Positions 54,168 through 63,372 of a stretch of 64,000 nucleotides of DNA are shown piece after piece. The notes under the pieces were generated by a model, which saw only the letters and a program-made list of their open reading frames with translations, made no database searches and was not told the origin of the DNA. Location: positions 64,161 to 128,160 of the forward strand of contig CAYORN010000002.1 of the NCBI GenBank assembly GCA_964406405.1, given 5' to 3'. The stretch comes from an uncultured Alphaproteobacteria bacterium (GTDB lineage: Bacteria; Electryoneota; RPQS01). How positions within the stretch are numbered: the stretch's first letter is position 1; the number at the start of each line of letters is the position of its first letter. The position numbers were made by a program, and so were the translations under genes.

Positions 54168-54767
54168 TCACTTCGGCGGATCAAGCGGCTTCCAGACGAT
54201 TTTGACTGGTTTTGACAGCAAACCCGATGTGGCTTTAACCAGTTCGGCGTGGAAGAGTTTGAGTTCTTGGCATTGTTTATCCCAGAATTCCCTCATAATA
54301 GCACCGCCATGCAGTTTGATTGTTGCATGCAGGTAATTCCCCAGGTGATCAAAGATATACTTCGCTCTATCCTTCGGCAACACTGTATACCGCATACCCA
54401 TCCAGCTTGTTGGAGCTTCGTGTGGCGAAGGCGAAGAGCCTATTGCCCATTGTTGTGGCTGCATTGAATCTGGATCAGTCTTTAACATGCGCTCGATTAA
54501 CTTCGCAGGGCGTGTGTTTTCGCTCTTTGGCTTTTGTTTCTTGCCGGTGATTGCCTCGCTCCGCGTAATGAGGAATGATTCCAGAGCAAGCCGCATTTCG
54601 AGAGCAGCATAGATCAAAAAGACTGCGTCGAGCCTTTCTGCCTCCCATCTCACAATGTGGTCTGCCGCACGGTCGAGGCAGCTTCGCGAATCTAGCTTTG
54701 TCTTTCTGACAAAAGGTGTGTCGTCCATAAGCGCGTGGTTGTTTTTCGAACTTGAATCTGCAAGCAC
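54168..54767 (-). CDS. hypothetical protein, low-GC orphan
   Basis: 199-aa non-repetitive ORF in a visibly AT-richer stretch (about 54150-55050); no recognisable motif. Confidence 0.35.
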   Translation of the reverse strand: MLADSSSKNNHALMDDTPFVRKTKLDSRSCLDRAADHIVRWEAERLDAVFLIYAALEMRLALESFLITRSEAITGKKQKPKSENTRPAKLIERMLKTDPDSMQPQQWAIGSSPSPHEAPTSWMGMRYTVLPKDRAKYIFDHLGNYLHATIKLHGGAIMREFWDKQCQELKLFHAELVKATSGLLSKPVKIVWKPLDPPK

Positions 54768-55106
54768 AGTGACTTTGCTTGTGCTAGTCCCTCACGCCCC
54801 ATTTGGCGAGGAGGTAGTTGATGGGAAGGGCGGAAGAAAACTTGAAAAAGAGGCCCGAGAGGTTCTGGACGCCCACCGAGGACGGTGGTGTCCAGAATGA
54901 CAAAATGTTGAATTGCGGACCCGCAGATTCCGCACGGCGAATGAACGATAAAGATAACCTTTTCTTCCACATGGTCAAACCGGACATGGGAGGGGGTTTT
55001 CTTGCCTTTCTGCGGAAAAACTCGTACTTTTGAAATTGGTGAAAAGCCGCACGTAATTGTTTCTCAAGCGAAACAATAACAATAACCTACAAAGATCGAG
55101 CGACTC

Positions 55107-56207
55107 ATGCACGACAAGCTGTTTATTCCCGGCCCGATTGAAGTCCGGCCGGAACTCCTCCAGGAGATTGCGCGCCCGCAAGTGGGGCATCGTACCCAAG
55201 CCTACCGCGATGTTCATCAGGCCGCGGTGGAGATGACGAAAAAGATCCTCTATACCGAGCAGGAAGTGCTGCTCTTTACCAGCTCCGCGACCGGCGTAAT
55301 GGAGGGCAGTGTCCGAAATCTGGTGCAGAAGAAAGTACTGCACGGCGTGAACGGCGCGTTCTCGCAACGCTGGTTCAATATCTCGTCGAAGTATAACGGC
55401 ATTCCCGCCGACAAGCTCGAAGTGCCGTGGGGACAGGCGATCAAGCCGGACATGATTGACGCGAAACTGAAGACCGGCGAATACGACGCATTCTGTTTGG
55501 TCTTCAACGAGACCTCGACCGGCGTGCGTGCACCGGTGGAAGAAATTGCGCAGGTCATGCGCAAATATCCCGACGTGATGTTTTTGGTGGACGCCGTGTC
55601 CGCGATGACGGGGGACAAGATCGAGTGCGACAAGCTCGGGCTTGATGTTTGCTTGGCCGGGACTCAAAAGTGCTGGGGTCTGCCCGCCGGGCTTTGTGTG
55701 ACCATGGTGTCCAATAAGGCGCTGGCGAAGGCGGCCACGACCAAGAATCCGGGGTACTACGTGAACTTCGTGGACGCGAAAAAGTACAACGACAAGCACG
55801 AAGTGCCGCATACGCCGGCGGTGCCGCTGATCTTCGGCTTGCGCGCGCAGGCGGATTACATCCTGAACAAGGAAGGGCTCGAAAATCGCTGGGCCCGGCA
55901 TAAGGAGATGCAGAAGATTGTACACGCGTGGGCGCTGGACAACGGCTTCTCGCTGTTCCCGGAGAAAGGCTACGAATCGGTAACGCTCTCGTGCATCAAC
56001 AACACGAAAGGCATGGAGATTTCCAAGCTGAACAAGGAACTCTCGAAGCGGCATCACGCGATCATCTCGAACGGCTACGGCGACATCAAGGAGAAGACCT
56101 TCCGCATCGCGCACATGGCGGATTGGCAGGTCGCGGACATCAAGCAGCTCTTAGGATGGCTGGACGAGATCATTCCGGTCGCGATGCCGCAACCGGTGGA
56201 AGTATGA
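55107..56207 (+). CDS. class V PLP-dependent aminotransferase (serine-pyruvate/alanine-glyoxylate or phosphoserine aminotransferase type)
   Basis: 366 aa; N-terminal KLFIPGPIEVRPELL; overall class V aminotransferase profile. Confidence 0.8.
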   Translation: MHDKLFIPGPIEVRPELLQEIARPQVGHRTQAYRDVHQAAVEMTKKILYTEQEVLLFTSSATGVMEGSVRNLVQKKVLHGVNGAFSQRWFNISSKYNGIPADKLEVPWGQAIKPDMIDAKLKTGEYDAFCLVFNETSTGVRAPVEEIAQVMRKYPDVMFLVDAVSAMTGDKIECDKLGLDVCLAGTQKCWGLPAGLCVTMVSNKALAKAATTKNPGYYVNFVDAKKYNDKHEVPHTPAVPLIFGLRAQADYILNKEGLENRWARHKEMQKIVHAWALDNGFSLFPEKGYESVTLSCINNTKGMEISKLNKELSKRHHAIISNGYGDIKEKTFRIAHMADWQVADIKQLLGWLDEIIPVAMPQPVEV

Positions 56208-56211
56208 TTCA

Positions 56212-56235
56212 AGGATGAAGGCGGAAGGACGAAGT
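56212..56235. repeat. GGATGAA heptad remnant + hairpin
   Basis: aaggatgaaggcggaaggacgaagttccctccgcctt. Confidence 0.5.
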
Positions 56236-56290
56236 TCCCTCCGCCTTTATCTTTACTTGGCAAAGAACAAGCAATCTGGAGACGAAGAAC

Positions 56291-56470
56291 ATGAAGTGCG
56301 AAGGTTGGCAATGCGGGTCGGGGGGAATCTACGGACTGGCGTTCATTGGCGCCGCCGTGTATTACATTCAGCACGCCGCGACGTTTTGGGAGGGGCTGCT
56401 GGGAATCGTGAAAGCGCTGTTTTGGCCGGCGATGCTGATCTACAAGGCGCTGGAGTTGCTCAAGATGTAA
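56291..56470 (+). CDS. small membrane protein (59 aa), below the ORF-track cutoff
   Basis: ATG 56291 with GGAG upstream; MKCEGWQCGSGGIYGLAFIGAAVYYIQHAATFWEGLLGIVKALFWPAMLIYKALELLKM; high GC3; followed by hairpin CCCCCAAAAC-GAG-TTTTGGGGG (56486-56507). Confidence 0.45.
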   Translation: MKCEGWQCGSGGIYGLAFIGAAVYYIQHAATFWEGLLGIVKALFWPAMLIYKALELLKM

Positions 56471-56565
56471 ACCCCCTTTGTGTTTCCCCCAAAACGAGTT
56501 TTGGGGGAAAGAGCATTATGCTCTCGAACAAATATTCATGAAAGAACCTTAAACAGGAGGCCGCG

Positions 56566-58020
56566 ATGAAGTACTCACTTCTGATTCTGCTGGCGTGTGC
56601 GGTGGCGGGGTTTGGGCAGCCGGTGGAAGGGCCGTTTATCGTTATTGAAAGCGACTCGGCCATTCACCACATTCACGTCGCTGCGCGAAATGATTCGGTG
56701 GCGGATGTGTTTTATCAGGTGGGGAATGCGGCGTATCACGTTGCTTTTGCGCTCGATATTGGGGTGGTATATGCAGGGCCGGATGCTCTTCCTATGCGGA
56801 GCGCAAGCGACGCTCGAATGCTCTGCGATGTAACATCAACCACAGTCGGCTGGGCAGCTCTGACCTACGACTCATCTTCCGGATGGAATCGAACGATGGC
56901 CTACTCTGGATCTGACAACCCGGATTCCGGCATGATGCTTGACTCGGGAATTGTGATGAGCAGCGGGGAATGGGTTTCGATCAGTCAAAATTACGCGCTT
57001 CGGCTTTCATCGAGAACGTCAGGCGGATTCTTCGCGGCATGGCTCAATGAATGGGCCTACGATCGTCCGTGGTTTTGGGGTGAAGCCGGGGCTGGACCGG
57101 TTGTCCATGAGTTCTCACCTGGCGGTGTGCATCGGTGCGCGCAAAACGGTTATGAGGGCCCTTTTCAAAACGAAAGCCAGTCTGTAGATGTTTTCGAATG
57201 GAGTCCGGATACGTCTCTTGTCCTCATAAGTGAACCCGACGGCATCACAATAAGCGCTGCTCCGTGGGGCGAATTTGGTTGCGGCTATGTTAGCTCCTTA
57301 AATTGGCTTTGGCGAGGGGTGCGCAATGTCGGCAGCTTGTTTACGAGCAGCGGTACAATCTTTGTTGTCTCTCGCAGCGTGGGATCTTCCCAAGCCTGCA
57401 TTCTGCGTATTGACGATTTCTCATCATACACTCAATTGGATACTCTGGACAGCGAGCCGATCGTCGCTGCTTCTAACCTCTCCTTCGGCTTCGCGTGGCT
57501 CTCTCAGCCTTCGAGCGGATTACTCCTGAATCGTGCCGACACGACCGGAACGCTCGTTCATCCGGCAGGTGTGGTGTGCTGGCCGGATGAAGGAATGGCT
57601 ATAACCGGAAGCAATATTGCCATTTCGGATAACGGCAAGATTGTGATCGTTTGGACGACGCAAGCCATCGCGAATCCGGAATCCACGCAGCTTTGGATTG
57701 AAGCCGTGGATTGGCTCACTCCGCTTTCGGTTAGTCCACAACCGGAGGTTGTGGGCAGTCCGTCGGATTTTGCACTTTCCGCCTATCCGAACCCCTTCAA
57801 CAGCGAGCTGCAGATTGCGTATGACCTGCCGCGCGCGCAGACGATTGAGTTGGCGGTGTACAACGTGCTCGGGCAAAAGGTGGCGGAATTGGTGAACGGA
57901 GTGCAGACCGTGGGAAATCATCAGGCGATGTGGTCGGCCCATGAAGGGAGCGGGATCTATTTCGTGACGCTGAGGACGGGAGAGACTACTAAGACACAGA
58001 AGGTGCTGCTGGCGCGATAG
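56566..58020 (+). CDS. T9SS-sorted secreted protein, tandem family member 1
   Basis: CAGGAGG RBS; signal MKYSLLILLACAVAGFGQPVEGP; C-terminal YPNPFNSELQIAYDLPRAQTIELAVYNVLGQKVAEL...GSGIYFVTLRTGETTKTQKVLLAR. Confidence 0.7.
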   Translation: MKYSLLILLACAVAGFGQPVEGPFIVIESDSAIHHIHVAARNDSVADVFYQVGNAAYHVAFALDIGVVYAGPDALPMRSASDARMLCDVTSTTVGWAALTYDSSSGWNRTMAYSGSDNPDSGMMLDSGIVMSSGEWVSISQNYALRLSSRTSGGFFAAWLNEWAYDRPWFWGEAGAGPVVHEFSPGGVHRCAQNGYEGPFQNESQSVDVFEWSPDTSLVLISEPDGITISAAPWGEFGCGYVSSLNWLWRGVRNVGSLFTSSGTIFVVSRSVGSSQACILRIDDFSSYTQLDTLDSEPIVAASNLSFGFAWLSQPSSGLLLNRADTTGTLVHPAGVVCWPDEGMAITGSNIAISDNGKIVIVWTTQAIANPESTQLWIEAVDWLTPLSVSPQPEVVGSPSDFALSAYPNPFNSELQIAYDLPRAQTIELAVYNVLGQKVAELVNGVQTVGNHQAMWSAHEGSGIYFVTLRTGETTKTQKVLLAR

Positions 58021-58100
58021 AATATTTTCTCGATAAGGACGGCCATAATAAATCATGGCCCTACGAATATTCGTTGAAGAACATCGAACAGGAGGCCGCG

Positions 58101-59561
58101 ATGAAGTACTCACTCTTGATTTTGCTGGCGTGTGCGGTGGCGGGGTTTGGGCAGCCGGTGGAAGGGCCATACGTTGTAACAGATAATCCCTATTGGGCTG
58201 ATCCGCTGTCTCTTGCGCTGCGCAACGACTCGACAGCGGACATTTTCTACGGCGAGCTGTTCGCATATCGTCAGCCATTCTCCTTTGCGACAGATGATAT
58301 TGAGGGCGATGCGCAGCTACTGTCTTTCGAGAACTCTCCTCACAACGTACGTATTCTCCCTGTGGATGCAGCCAGCGCAAATGGATGGTGGTACGTGCTG
58401 GGTTACGGAGACGACGGGACAAATAACCTGACCATGCTGGCGTACGGTGATGCAAATCCGGAGAACACGCAGTTCGCCTTTATTGACGACGGCGACAACG
58501 TACTCGAGCAACCGTTTGGTGAGACGAGCGTTAGCCGCAGTCGTGCGATCTGTCCACGCGTCGGCGGCGGCTGCATTATCAGTTGGATGGATGACTGGAT
58601 GTATGACAACGGCTGGTGGCAAGAAGGCGGCAGCGACTTTCGCGCGATCGTAATGGATCCATCAGAACCCGAGCAAACTTATGAACGAAACCTGGGCTTT
58701 TCCTGGTTTGAATCAGCCCAGGCGTTATCACTCACGCGAGACACTTTAAGAATGGTGGGAACCGTGTACGACGGACTCTGCGTCCAAGACATTACAGAGG
58801 AATGGACGATAGGCTGCTTCGATGAAAACCCGTACTCTTCCTGCTCACTATTTGTCGTCGAATACTTGCGAACATTTACGGGCCGCGAATTCGCGCTGGG
58901 GATTGAGAGTAACTTCTGGCAATTTGCCTACGCTCCGCGATTGGTAGAACTTGATTCCGTCACGCAAACTTGCCAAGAAGTCATGGACATTGTGCACAAT
59001 CCAATCGCCTGGGCATCACATCCCTTGTGGGGAATGGCATGGCTTTCCAAACCGGGAGCTGGACTGCTGCTGACCAGAGTTGATACTGCAGGAAGTGTTT
59101 TTTCGCAGGATGGTACTCTTTATTGGCCCGAGGCCAACTACCGTGTCTTGAATGCTGACCTCGCCATATCACCGACAGGCTGGTTGGTGGCCAGTTGGTG
59201 GGAAATTAACGAGGATGTGTGGGATGAGTCGCGAATCATGATCGCGCGGGTGTTCTGGGATACACCCCTCTTCACGAACCCCGAGCCCGAACGCACAGCC
59301 GTGGGGCGCTACGAATTGCAGACGTATCCCAATCCCTTCAACAGCGAATTGCAGATTGAGTATGATTTGCCACGCGCAGGAGACGTGGAACTTGGGGTGT
59401 TCAACGTCCTCGGGCAGCAGGTGGCGGAGTTGAGTCACGGAGTCATGCCGGCGGGGCGGCATCAGGCGATGTGGTCGGCCCATGAAGGGAGCGGGATCTA
59501 TTTCGTGACGCTGAGGACGGGAGAGACTACTAAGACACAGAAGGTGCTGCTGGCGCGATAG
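58101..59561 (+). CDS. T9SS-sorted secreted protein, tandem family member 2
   Basis: identical leader and signal peptide; C-terminal 37 codons identical at nucleotide level to member 1. Confidence 0.7.
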   Translation: MKYSLLILLACAVAGFGQPVEGPYVVTDNPYWADPLSLALRNDSTADIFYGELFAYRQPFSFATDDIEGDAQLLSFENSPHNVRILPVDAASANGWWYVLGYGDDGTNNLTMLAYGDANPENTQFAFIDDGDNVLEQPFGETSVSRSRAICPRVGGGCIISWMDDWMYDNGWWQEGGSDFRAIVMDPSEPEQTYERNLGFSWFESAQALSLTRDTLRMVGTVYDGLCVQDITEEWTIGCFDENPYSSCSLFVVEYLRTFTGREFALGIESNFWQFAYAPRLVELDSVTQTCQEVMDIVHNPIAWASHPLWGMAWLSKPGAGLLLTRVDTAGSVFSQDGTLYWPEANYRVLNADLAISPTGWLVASWWEINEDVWDESRIMIARVFWDTPLFTNPEPERTAVGRYELQTYPNPFNSELQIEYDLPRAGDVELGVFNVLGQQVAELSHGVMPAGRHQAMWSAHEGSGIYFVTLRTGETTKTQKVLLAR

Positions 59562-59641
59562 AATATTTTCTCGATAAGGACGGCCATAATAAATCATGGC
59601 CCTACGAATATTCGTTGAAGAACATCGAACAGGAGGCCGCG

Positions 59642-61120
59642 ATGAAGTACTCACTCTTGGTTTTGCTGGCGTGTGCGGTGGCGGGGTTGGGGCAGCCGGT
59701 GGAAGGGCCGTGGGTGGTGATGGAGGTAGACACGTCTTCCGAATACGCGTATGCGCCGCTCGTTGTTGATATCGATGTGCAGACAGCACGCATATTCTTC
59801 TCTCTTGATTCAGCCAGCCATCATACAGTGAACACCGTTCTTTATGACATGGAAGAGCATCAGTTGATGGCCGACCCTGTAATTGTGCGATCTGACTCTC
59901 TGCCGGCACATCTCAAGAACGCCATCGCCGATGGAGTTGATTCTTGGGTTGTGGTTATGGTACGGCCGGTGTCTGAAACGGCAACAAGGACGCTGTCGAT
60001 AATTGGGCATCAGGACGGGCACTTCGAATACACAATCGGCAGTTCGTATCCCGGCAACCAGTATTTCGCCGGGCAGTGTGTTTCCAAAGTGAATTTAGCG
60101 CCCCGCATCGGCGGGGGATGGCTCATGACCTATGTGATACAGCGACTACCGCCACCGTATTTCGAAAATGAGAGTCAGGTCTATGTCGTTGGTGTTTCCT
60201 CTGATTCGATTGAGTATCGCCAGCCACTGATTCCCTACGAGAACCAGCTTTTCGGCCCATATCAGGCAGCAGCGGTGTCATTTTCGCATGATACCAGTCT
60301 TGTGTTGACGCAGACGCTTTGGGGTCAGGGATGGCCGGATTTCGGTTCTGTCTTGCTACGGGCGGTGGCCGGTGGCGATTCCAATATACTCGACACGGTG
60401 TGTACTTTCTCCTGCGGTCTCAGTGCAACGGATTTGCGGGCAAGCGGTCAAGGGGAATTCATCACGTACTCCGCCGAGTACGCTTCCCACAATTCCTTGT
60501 TTCATGTTGACGAGACGGGATCATGCACGGTTTTGGGATCGTTGGCCTTCACGTATGAGCCAGAAAGGCTTGCCTTTGAAGCGGGCTTTGGTTACGCCGC
60601 ACTTTGGCGCAATTCAAGCTGGATCAAAGTGGCGCGAATAGGCGAAGACGGAACATCTACCGAGCCGGGTGTTTTTTACTGGCGCAGTGACGGCTATCGG
60701 ATCGGTGAAGCCGATTTGACAATCACTCCAGATGGCCGAATTCACGTCCTTTGGACGGAAGCCGCGAACGGCTACGCGAATGCGTCACGTCTAATGACGG
60801 GTTGGATCAACTGGGATACTCCGCTTTCCGCAAACCCTTCTGACTTCATCCCTTATCCTTCAGGCTTCAGCCTTTCCTGTTATCCGAATCCGTTCAACCC
60901 TACGACGACGATCTCGTTTGAACTGCCGCGGGGCGGGCAGGTGACGCTGGACGTTTACGACCTTATGGGGCGATTGGTGCAGACATTGGTGAATGAATCC
61001 ATGACCGCTGGCTCACACCAGATTGCGTTTGACGGCAGTCATCTCGCCAGCGGGATCTACTGGAGCCGACTGAATGCAGGGGGCAAGCAGGTGGTGCGGA
61101 AGATGGTCTTGCTTCGTTGA
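59642..61120 (+). CDS. T9SS-sorted secreted protein, tandem family member 3
   Basis: same leader/signal (MKYSLLVLLACAVAGLGQPVEGP); divergent body; C-terminal YPNPFNPTTTISFELPRGGQVTLDVYDLMGRLVQ...GIYWSRLNAGGKQVVRKMVLLR. Confidence 0.7.
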   Translation: MKYSLLVLLACAVAGLGQPVEGPWVVMEVDTSSEYAYAPLVVDIDVQTARIFFSLDSASHHTVNTVLYDMEEHQLMADPVIVRSDSLPAHLKNAIADGVDSWVVVMVRPVSETATRTLSIIGHQDGHFEYTIGSSYPGNQYFAGQCVSKVNLAPRIGGGWLMTYVIQRLPPPYFENESQVYVVGVSSDSIEYRQPLIPYENQLFGPYQAAAVSFSHDTSLVLTQTLWGQGWPDFGSVLLRAVAGGDSNILDTVCTFSCGLSATDLRASGQGEFITYSAEYASHNSLFHVDETGSCTVLGSLAFTYEPERLAFEAGFGYAALWRNSSWIKVARIGEDGTSTEPGVFYWRSDGYRIGEADLTITPDGRIHVLWTEAANGYANASRLMTGWINWDTPLSANPSDFIPYPSGFSLSCYPNPFNPTTTISFELPRGGQVTLDVYDLMGRLVQTLVNESMTAGSHQIAFDGSHLASGIYWSRLNAGGKQVVRKMVLLR

Positions 61121-63273
61121 TTCCTAAACTGAGATTGCAGAACTTGAAATACACTCCAAGAAACAGCGTCCTGGCGATCGCGCTGCTCTGCATTGGGCTG
61201 GCGCGTGCGCTCTTCGCGGCTGATCTGAATTTGGATACCGTCAAGTACGTCCTGCCGGAACAGACCGTGATCGGCACGCGCTCGCAGACGAATTGGCTGC
61301 ACAATCCGTCCGCAGTGACCGCGCTCTCGGCGACCGACCAGCCCACGCGGCGGCTGATCGGCGTGGCCGAGCATCTGCTGCTCGTGCCGGGACTGGTGGC
61401 GCTGCCGCAATTCGGCACGGATGACATGCGGCTCTCGATGCGCGGCATGGGCATGCGTTCGAACTCCGGCGAGCGCAGCGTGCGCGTGCTGTACGACGGC
61501 ATTCCCGAATCGGAACCTGACGGGCAAACGCGCCTCGAAGGCATCGAGACCGGAAACATCGAGCAGGTCGAAGTGCAGCGCGGCGCGGGTTCGTCGCTCT
61601 ATGGCAATGCGGCGGGCGGGGTGATCAATCTGCGCACCATGGAAGGCTTGGCCGAAACGGGCATGAAGCTGGACGCGCAAGGCGGAGGCTTCGGCTTTTC
61701 CAAAGTCAAACTCACGGCGGGAACGCGCGCGGCGAAAGAAGATTCTTCCATTACGTTTTCGTTGGATCTGAAAAGGCTGAAATTCGCGGCCGATCTGGGC
61801 ACCAGCAGCGAAGGCGGTTTGGCGTCGCTCTCGCAAATCAAGTCCGATGGCTACCGCGTGCATTCGAAGTATGAGAGCCAACTCGTGAACGGGTCATGGA
61901 CCGTGAAGGCCAACGCGTTCTCGAATTTGCGCGTGCTGGCCTACTTCACGAACGCGCGCGCGGAGCTGCCGGGAACGCTGACCCGTGCGCAGTATGAATC
62001 CAATCCCGATCAAGCCGATCCGCAGTACATTGACCGGGATGTCCGCCGCTACACGCGCAAGGGCCGCTTCGGTTTCGCGTATCAACGGGTGTTCGGTGAG
62101 CGCGTGCTGCTTTCCTTTACCCCTTACGCGGCATTGAAGAAACTCGATCGCGCGCGGGAGACGGGAAAATATCAAACGATTACGCGCTACGTGTTAGGGG
62201 GAATGCTCCAGGGGCAATGGAACACTTTGATCGCCGAGCGAAAGTTCCAGCTCGTCGCCGGCCTGGATGAACAGTTCATGGATGGGCCGGTGACGCAATA
62301 CGTGGCGGATCATGGCCGCCGCACCGAGGAATTGGTCAGCCAGGAACAGGAGCGGCAGTGGGAACAGGGCATGTATGCGGAAGGGAACCTCACGCTCAGC
62401 GAACACTGGGAAGCCACGCTCGGCGGAAGGGTGGAGCGCGTCGAACTGACCGGCATGCCGCTGAATGAAGTGAGCACAGAGAAGAAGGAGGAAGCGGAAC
62501 CCGCATTCATTCCGCGCGCGGGGTTGCGCTATGCCTTCAATCCGGAAACCGTGCTCTTTGGCGCCGTGTACGGCGGCTACGAAACCGCAACGCTGATGGA
62601 GCGCGAGAAGTTCGATGAGGCGTTTGGGACGGAATTGAAGCCGCAGAAATCGCTGACGGCGGAATTGGGTCTTCGCGCGGAGCGGAAACTCTCGTGGAGC
62701 GATGCGCAATTCGAAGCGACGTTGTACCGGATGACTGTGGACGATTACATCATGCCTGCGCCGGGCCAAGGCGAAAAACTGTGGGTCAACGCCGGGCAGA
62801 CGGTGCATCAGGGAATTGAAGTCTCCGCGAAACTCATCCGGCAGGGCCTGGGTTACGTGGGGGTGGCGGGCAGCATCGGCGATTTCCATTTTGCCAAATA
62901 TGTCACTGACTCGACGAACTACAACGACAAGAAGTTGCCGGGCGTTTCGCCCAATCTGTTCAACGCGATCGTGCGCTGGACGCCGCGCGACTATTTCTAT
63001 GCGGAGCTGAGTTCGCGCTTTTCCGGATCGGCCTTTGTGAACACGGAGAACACGGATAAGGCCGACGGATTCATGGTGCTGAATGCGGCGATCGGCGGGC
63101 GCCTGCCGGTCAAGGCGCTGGCGGCGGCGTGGCACCTCGGCGTGCAGAACCTCGCCGATGAAAAGTACGTGTCCTACATTCAGGTGAACGATTCGCAGGA
63201 CCGCTTTTTTGGTCCCGGGCTGCCACAGACGGTGTTCGGCGGAATCTCCATCGGCACTGGAGGAGTGTTTTAA
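61117..63273 (+). CDS. TonB-dependent outer-membrane receptor
   Basis: TTG start overlapping previous stop (alt. TTG about 61144); signal peptide; plug-region DTVKYVLPEQTVIGTR; 22-strand-barrel size; C-terminal aromatic ...GGVF. Confidence 0.8.
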   Translation: MIPKLRLQNLKYTPRNSVLAIALLCIGLARALFAADLNLDTVKYVLPEQTVIGTRSQTNWLHNPSAVTALSATDQPTRRLIGVAEHLLLVPGLVALPQFGTDDMRLSMRGMGMRSNSGERSVRVLYDGIPESEPDGQTRLEGIETGNIEQVEVQRGAGSSLYGNAAGGVINLRTMEGLAETGMKLDAQGGGFGFSKVKLTAGTRAAKEDSSITFSLDLKRLKFAADLGTSSEGGLASLSQIKSDGYRVHSKYESQLVNGSWTVKANAFSNLRVLAYFTNARAELPGTLTRAQYESNPDQADPQYIDRDVRRYTRKGRFGFAYQRVFGERVLLSFTPYAALKKLDRARETGKYQTITRYVLGGMLQGQWNTLIAERKFQLVAGLDEQFMDGPVTQYVADHGRRTEELVSQEQERQWEQGMYAEGNLTLSEHWEATLGGRVERVELTGMPLNEVSTEKKEEAEPAFIPRAGLRYAFNPETVLFGAVYGGYETATLMEREKFDEAFGTELKPQKSLTAELGLRAERKLSWSDAQFEATLYRMTVDDYIMPAPGQGEKLWVNAGQTVHQGIEVSAKLIRQGLGYVGVAGSIGDFHFAKYVTDSTNYNDKKLPGVSPNLFNAIVRWTPRDYFYAELSSRFSGSAFVNTENTDKADGFMVLNAAIGGRLPVKALAAAWHLGVQNLADEKYVSYIQVNDSQDRFFGPGLPQTVFGGISIGTGGVF

Positions 63274-63372
63274 TGTCCAAGTCCCTCGTTTGAGATTCCG
63301 TCGGTGTTTCTTCCTCTTTCTGATTTCTATTTTCTAATTGTTTGATTCTGCATTCCGTTTCCGGAGGTTCGC

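Noticed and set aside
1017-56235. GGATGAA heptad and poly-C repeats as a possible CRISPR array
   Set aside because: Units are 7 nt or irregular palindromes, with no 25-40-nt repeat/spacer periodicity and no cas genes. They are dispersed single copies.
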